This document shows positions 35,860 to 38,408 of a stretch of DNA of 38,408 nucleotides, piece after piece. The notes beneath the pieces are model-generated. The model was not told the origin of the DNA. It ran no database searches and saw only the letters and a list, made by a program, of their open reading frames with translations. The stretch comes from an uncultured Myxococcales bacterium (lineage in GTDB: Bacteria > Desulfobacterota > Binatia > UBA1149 > JAJCZL01): the NCBI GenBank assembly GCA_964553415.1, contig CAZKLE010000002.1, positions 1 to 38,408 on the forward strand, given 5' to 3'. Both the position numbers and the translations under genes were made by a program. Every line of letters starts with the position of its first letter. Positions within the stretch are counted from its first letter, which is position 1.

Positions 35860-37515
35860 ATGGCGAGTTTCCGAGACCAGCGTAGTCAATGGGAGAAGGA
35901 AACTTTGGCCAAGGCATTGGCCAAATCCGGTGAGCGGCGCAGCGACTTCGATACCACCTCGGCCATCCCGGTAGAGCGCCTGTACGGCCCCGGCGGCGAC
36001 CTGCCCTGTCCGGACAATCTCGGAATGCCCGGCCAATACCCCTTCACCCGTGGGATCCAGCCGACCATGTACCGAGGGCGGCTGTGGACGATGCGGCAGT
36101 ATGCCGGTTTCGGTACCGCCGAGGAATCCAACCGCCGCTACCGCTACCTGCTCGAACAGGGCACCACCGGCCTGAGTGTGGCGTTCGACCTACCCACACA
36201 GATGGGACGCGATTCCGACCACGAGATTTCCCACGGCGAAGTCGGAAAGGTTGGAGTCGCCATCGACTCCGCCGACGACATGGAAGTACTCCTCAACGAA
36301 CTGCCCCTGGACAAGATCACCACCTCGATGACCATAAACGCGACGGCGGCGATACTGCTCGCGTTCTATCTGGTGGTAGCCGAACGCCGCGGTGTTTCTT
36401 GGGACAAAGTCGGCGGCACGGTGCAGAACGACGTCCTCAAGGAATACATTGCCCGCGGTACCTACGTATACCCGCCGGCGGCCTCCATGCGCGTGGCTAC
36501 CGACATCTTTGAATTCTGCACCGAAAATGTTCCGCGTTGGAATACCATTTCGATTTCCGGCTACCACATCCGCGAAGCCGGATCGACGGCCGTGCAGGAG
36601 GTCGCATTTACCCTGGCCGACGGTATCGCCTACGTACAAGGCGCCATCGACGCCGGGCTGGACGTCGACAAGTTCGCCGGCCGATTGTCATTCTTCTTCA
36701 ACGTTCACAACAATTTCTTCGAAGAGATCGCCAAATATCGGGCCGCGCGCCGCATGTGGGCGAAGATCATGAAGGAACGCTTCGGAGCCAAGAACGAGCG
36801 ATCCATGATGATGCGCTTCCACAGCCAGACCGCAGGTTCCTCGCTAACCGCTCAGCAGCCGATCAACAATGTCGTGCGCACCGCCATACAGGCACTCGCC
36901 TCGATCTGCGGCGGCACCCAGTCGCTGCATACCAACAGCTACGACGAGGCCCTGGGATTGCCGACCGAAGACGCCGTTCGCGTGGCACTGCGCAGCCAGC
37001 AGATCATCGCCTACGAGTCGGGCGTCGCCGACACCATCGACCCCCTTGCGGGCTCGTACTTTGTCGAAAACCTGACCGACGAGATCGAAAAGCGTGCGAA
37101 CGAATACATCGAGACGATCGACAAGCTGGGCGGCGCAGTCGCTGCCATCGAACGGGGTTTTCAACAGCAGGAGATCCAGCAGGCCGCCTACAACTATCAA
37201 CGTGCTATCGAGACCCAAGACCAGATCATCGTCGGCGTTAACAAGTTCCAAGTCGAAGAGGAAACCCCCACCGACGTCCTGCGTATAGACGCGACCATCG
37301 AAGAGAAACAAAAACAACGCCTAGCCTCGCTCCGAGAACGCCGCGACAGCGGCGCAACCGCCGCCGCCCTCGCCGCCATTACCGATACCGCCCGTGGAAG
37401 CGGCAATCTGATGCCGGCAATCCTGGATGCCGTACGGGCTTCGGCGACACTCGGAGAAATCTCCGACGCCATGCGCGAGGAGTTCGGAGAGTTCGACGCT
37501 CCCGTATTTATCTGA
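35860..37515 (+). CDS. methylmalonyl-CoA mutase, large (catalytic, TIM-barrel) subunit without B12-binding domain
   Basis: 551 aa. Blocks include [78 protein letters not shown] and [12 protein letters not shown]. Tyr (TMY) and Arg (IARG) at the two substrate-specificity positions fit MCM rather than ICM/HCM. The chain ends where split (archaeal-type) large subunits end. Confidence 0.94.
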   Translation: MASFRDQRSQWEKETLAKALAKSGERRSDFDTTSAIPVERLYGPGGDLPCPDNLGMPGQYPFTRGIQPTMYRGRLWTMRQYAGFGTAEESNRRYRYLLEQGTTGLSVAFDLPTQMGRDSDHEISHGEVGKVGVAIDSADDMEVLLNELPLDKITTSMTINATAAILLAFYLVVAERRGVSWDKVGGTVQNDVLKEYIARGTYVYPPAASMRVATDIFEFCTENVPRWNTISISGYHIREAGSTAVQEVAFTLADGIAYVQGAIDAGLDVDKFAGRLSFFFNVHNNFFEEIAKYRAARRMWAKIMKERFGAKNERSMMMRFHSQTAGSSLTAQQPINNVVRTAIQALASICGGTQSLHTNSYDEALGLPTEDAVRVALRSQQIIAYESGVADTIDPLAGSYFVENLTDEIEKRANEYIETIDKLGGAVAAIERGFQQQEIQQAAYNYQRAIETQDQIIVGVNKFQVEEETPTDVLRIDATIEEKQKQRLASLRERRDSGATAAALAAITDTARGSGNLMPAILDAVRASATLGEISDAMREEFGEFDAPVFI

Positions 37516-37518
37516 ACC

Positions 37519-38076
37519 ATGGCGCTCAGCCGAGCAGCAACCAAGGCCTTTCTCACCAAGGGCGTAGGCCGTCACAAGGAACGACTAGCGTCCTTCGAAT
37601 TGGCCCTGCGCGATGCAGGAATCGCGCAGTTCAACATCGTTACGGTATCGAGTATTTTCCCGCCAAAGTGCAAGATCATACCTAAGCGCGAGGGACTCAA
37701 GGAATTGACCGACGGGCAGATCCTGCATGTCGTGCTGGCGCGTGCCGAGTCCAACGAACCGCATCGGCATCTGGCCGCCTCTGTGGGTGTGGCCATTCCG
37801 AAGGACCGCAACATGTACGGCTACCTCAGCGAGCATCACGGCTTCGGTCAGACTGATGAGCAGGCCGGCGAGTATGCCGAAGACCTGGCCGCCCAGATGC
37901 TGGCCACGATCCTCAACGTAGAGTTCGATGCCGACAAGAGCTACGATGAGCGTCGGGATTTTTGGCGCTTGAGCGATCAGATCGTCAAAACCCGAAATAT
38001 TTCCCAGTCTGCGCGCGGCGACAAAAAGGGTCTGTGGACTTCGGTCATCGCGGCGTGCGTATTGGTTGACGCGTAA
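37519..38076 (+). CDS. pdaD: pyruvoyl-dependent arginine decarboxylase
   Basis: 185 aa. The self-cleavage site context is [12 protein letters not shown] (compare M. jannaschii NLIRISSIMPP, from memory). [13 protein letters not shown] compares with AAISVAIPKDK. ATG 37519 lies 3 nt after the mutase stop. Confidence 0.9.
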   Translation: MALSRAATKAFLTKGVGRHKERLASFELALRDAGIAQFNIVTVSSIFPPKCKIIPKREGLKELTDGQILHVVLARAESNEPHRHLAASVGVAIPKDRNMYGYLSEHHGFGQTDEQAGEYAEDLAAQMLATILNVEFDADKSYDERRDFWRLSDQIVKTRNISQSARGDKKGLWTSVIAACVLVDA

Positions 38077-38408
38077 ACTGCAAAAACACGAGCTGCTACT
38101 GCAACGTTTGCTCGACCGTCTGGGTAAGGCCAAGCGTAAATACGCGCAAATCGACAAGCTGGCAGCGAGCTTGCGCGTTCCGATCGCCGATCTGGAAACG
38201 GCGATCGATGTGCTCGTAGCCGACGGCGACGTCGTACGCGCCCGCAAAGAACGCATCGCGCTGACTTCACGTCTGGGGCTCACCAGTGGGCGCTTGCGCG
38301 TAAGCCGTCACGGACGCGCGGTGGTGGTTCCCGACCTGCACGAGGCGCCCATCGCGATTCCGGCTGCGCGCGTGCGCCCGGCGATGCACGGCGACCGCGT
38401 GCTCATCG
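38066..38408 (+). CDS. rnr: 5' end of ribonuclease R (HTH plus start of cold-shock domain), truncated by the window edge
   Basis: My own translation is open from 37973 to the window end: ...[110 protein letters not shown]. The pattern (HTH, then G.l.v...G.afv.p......i.I......a.hGD.V.v) is the RNase R N-terminus. The only plausible in-frame start is TTG 38066, so the start is uncertain. Confidence 0.55.
   Translation, partial: MTRKLQKHELLLQRLLDRLGKAKRKYAQIDKLAASLRVPIADLETAIDVLVADGDVVRARKERIALTSRLGLTSGRLRVSRHGRAVVVPDLHEAPIAIPAARVRPAMHGDRVLI

Noticed and set aside
34737-35885. 382-aa plus-strand ORF, extremely Arg/His/Pro-rich
   Set aside because: It is an alternative frame of the OadB-family beta subunit gene. 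Its composition (runs of R, H and P) is that of an off-frame GC-rich translation.

Overview
This is a GC-rich chromosomal segment; third codon positions are almost all G/C, so every frame carries long spurious ORFs. It comes from a diderm (Gram-negative) bacterium, judged by an OmpA/Pal-like lipoprotein, many lipobox signal peptides and a MacB/LolD-type ABC system. The lineage cannot be fixed from sequence alone. I support about 41 protein-coding genes (two truncated by the window edges) plus one gene remnant. I recognised no rRNA, tRNA, CRISPR array, transposase, integrase or phage gene by eye.

Most of the content is housekeeping or central metabolism:
- glnS, ispG, cysH and a folP-type gene
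- a thiolase, several SDRs and two esterases
- a CNNM/CorC transporter
- a complete Na+-translocating methylmalonyl-CoA decarboxylase operon, followed by a B12-domain-less methylmalonyl-CoA mutase large subunit, pdaD and the 5' end of rnr

Pockets that deserve a second look:
1. The only DHPS in the window follows the Sul1/2/3 (sulfonamide-insensitive) motif set rather than canonical FolP, and it sits in a non-mobile context.
2. A tightly packed minus-strand operon encodes PadR, an ABC ATPase, a double-FtsX permease and a FabH-like KAS III. A flavin-monooxygenase-like gene with a degenerate FAD motif lies next to it.
3. A small island lies downstream of a bidirectional-looking terminator and has an AT-rich core. 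It holds a secreted protein with 9 CX3C motifs, transcribed divergently from a translationally coupled pair (DUF6502-like protein and DUF5666-type lipoprotein). The intergenic region contains a 14-bp palindrome that carries TATAAT on both strands.
4. A lipoprotein carries a trypsin-like domain that keeps His and Asp but lacks the catalytic Ser.
5. A 64-codon SDR remnant appears to be an internal deletion.

All family assignments are motif recognition by eye. No database search was run.
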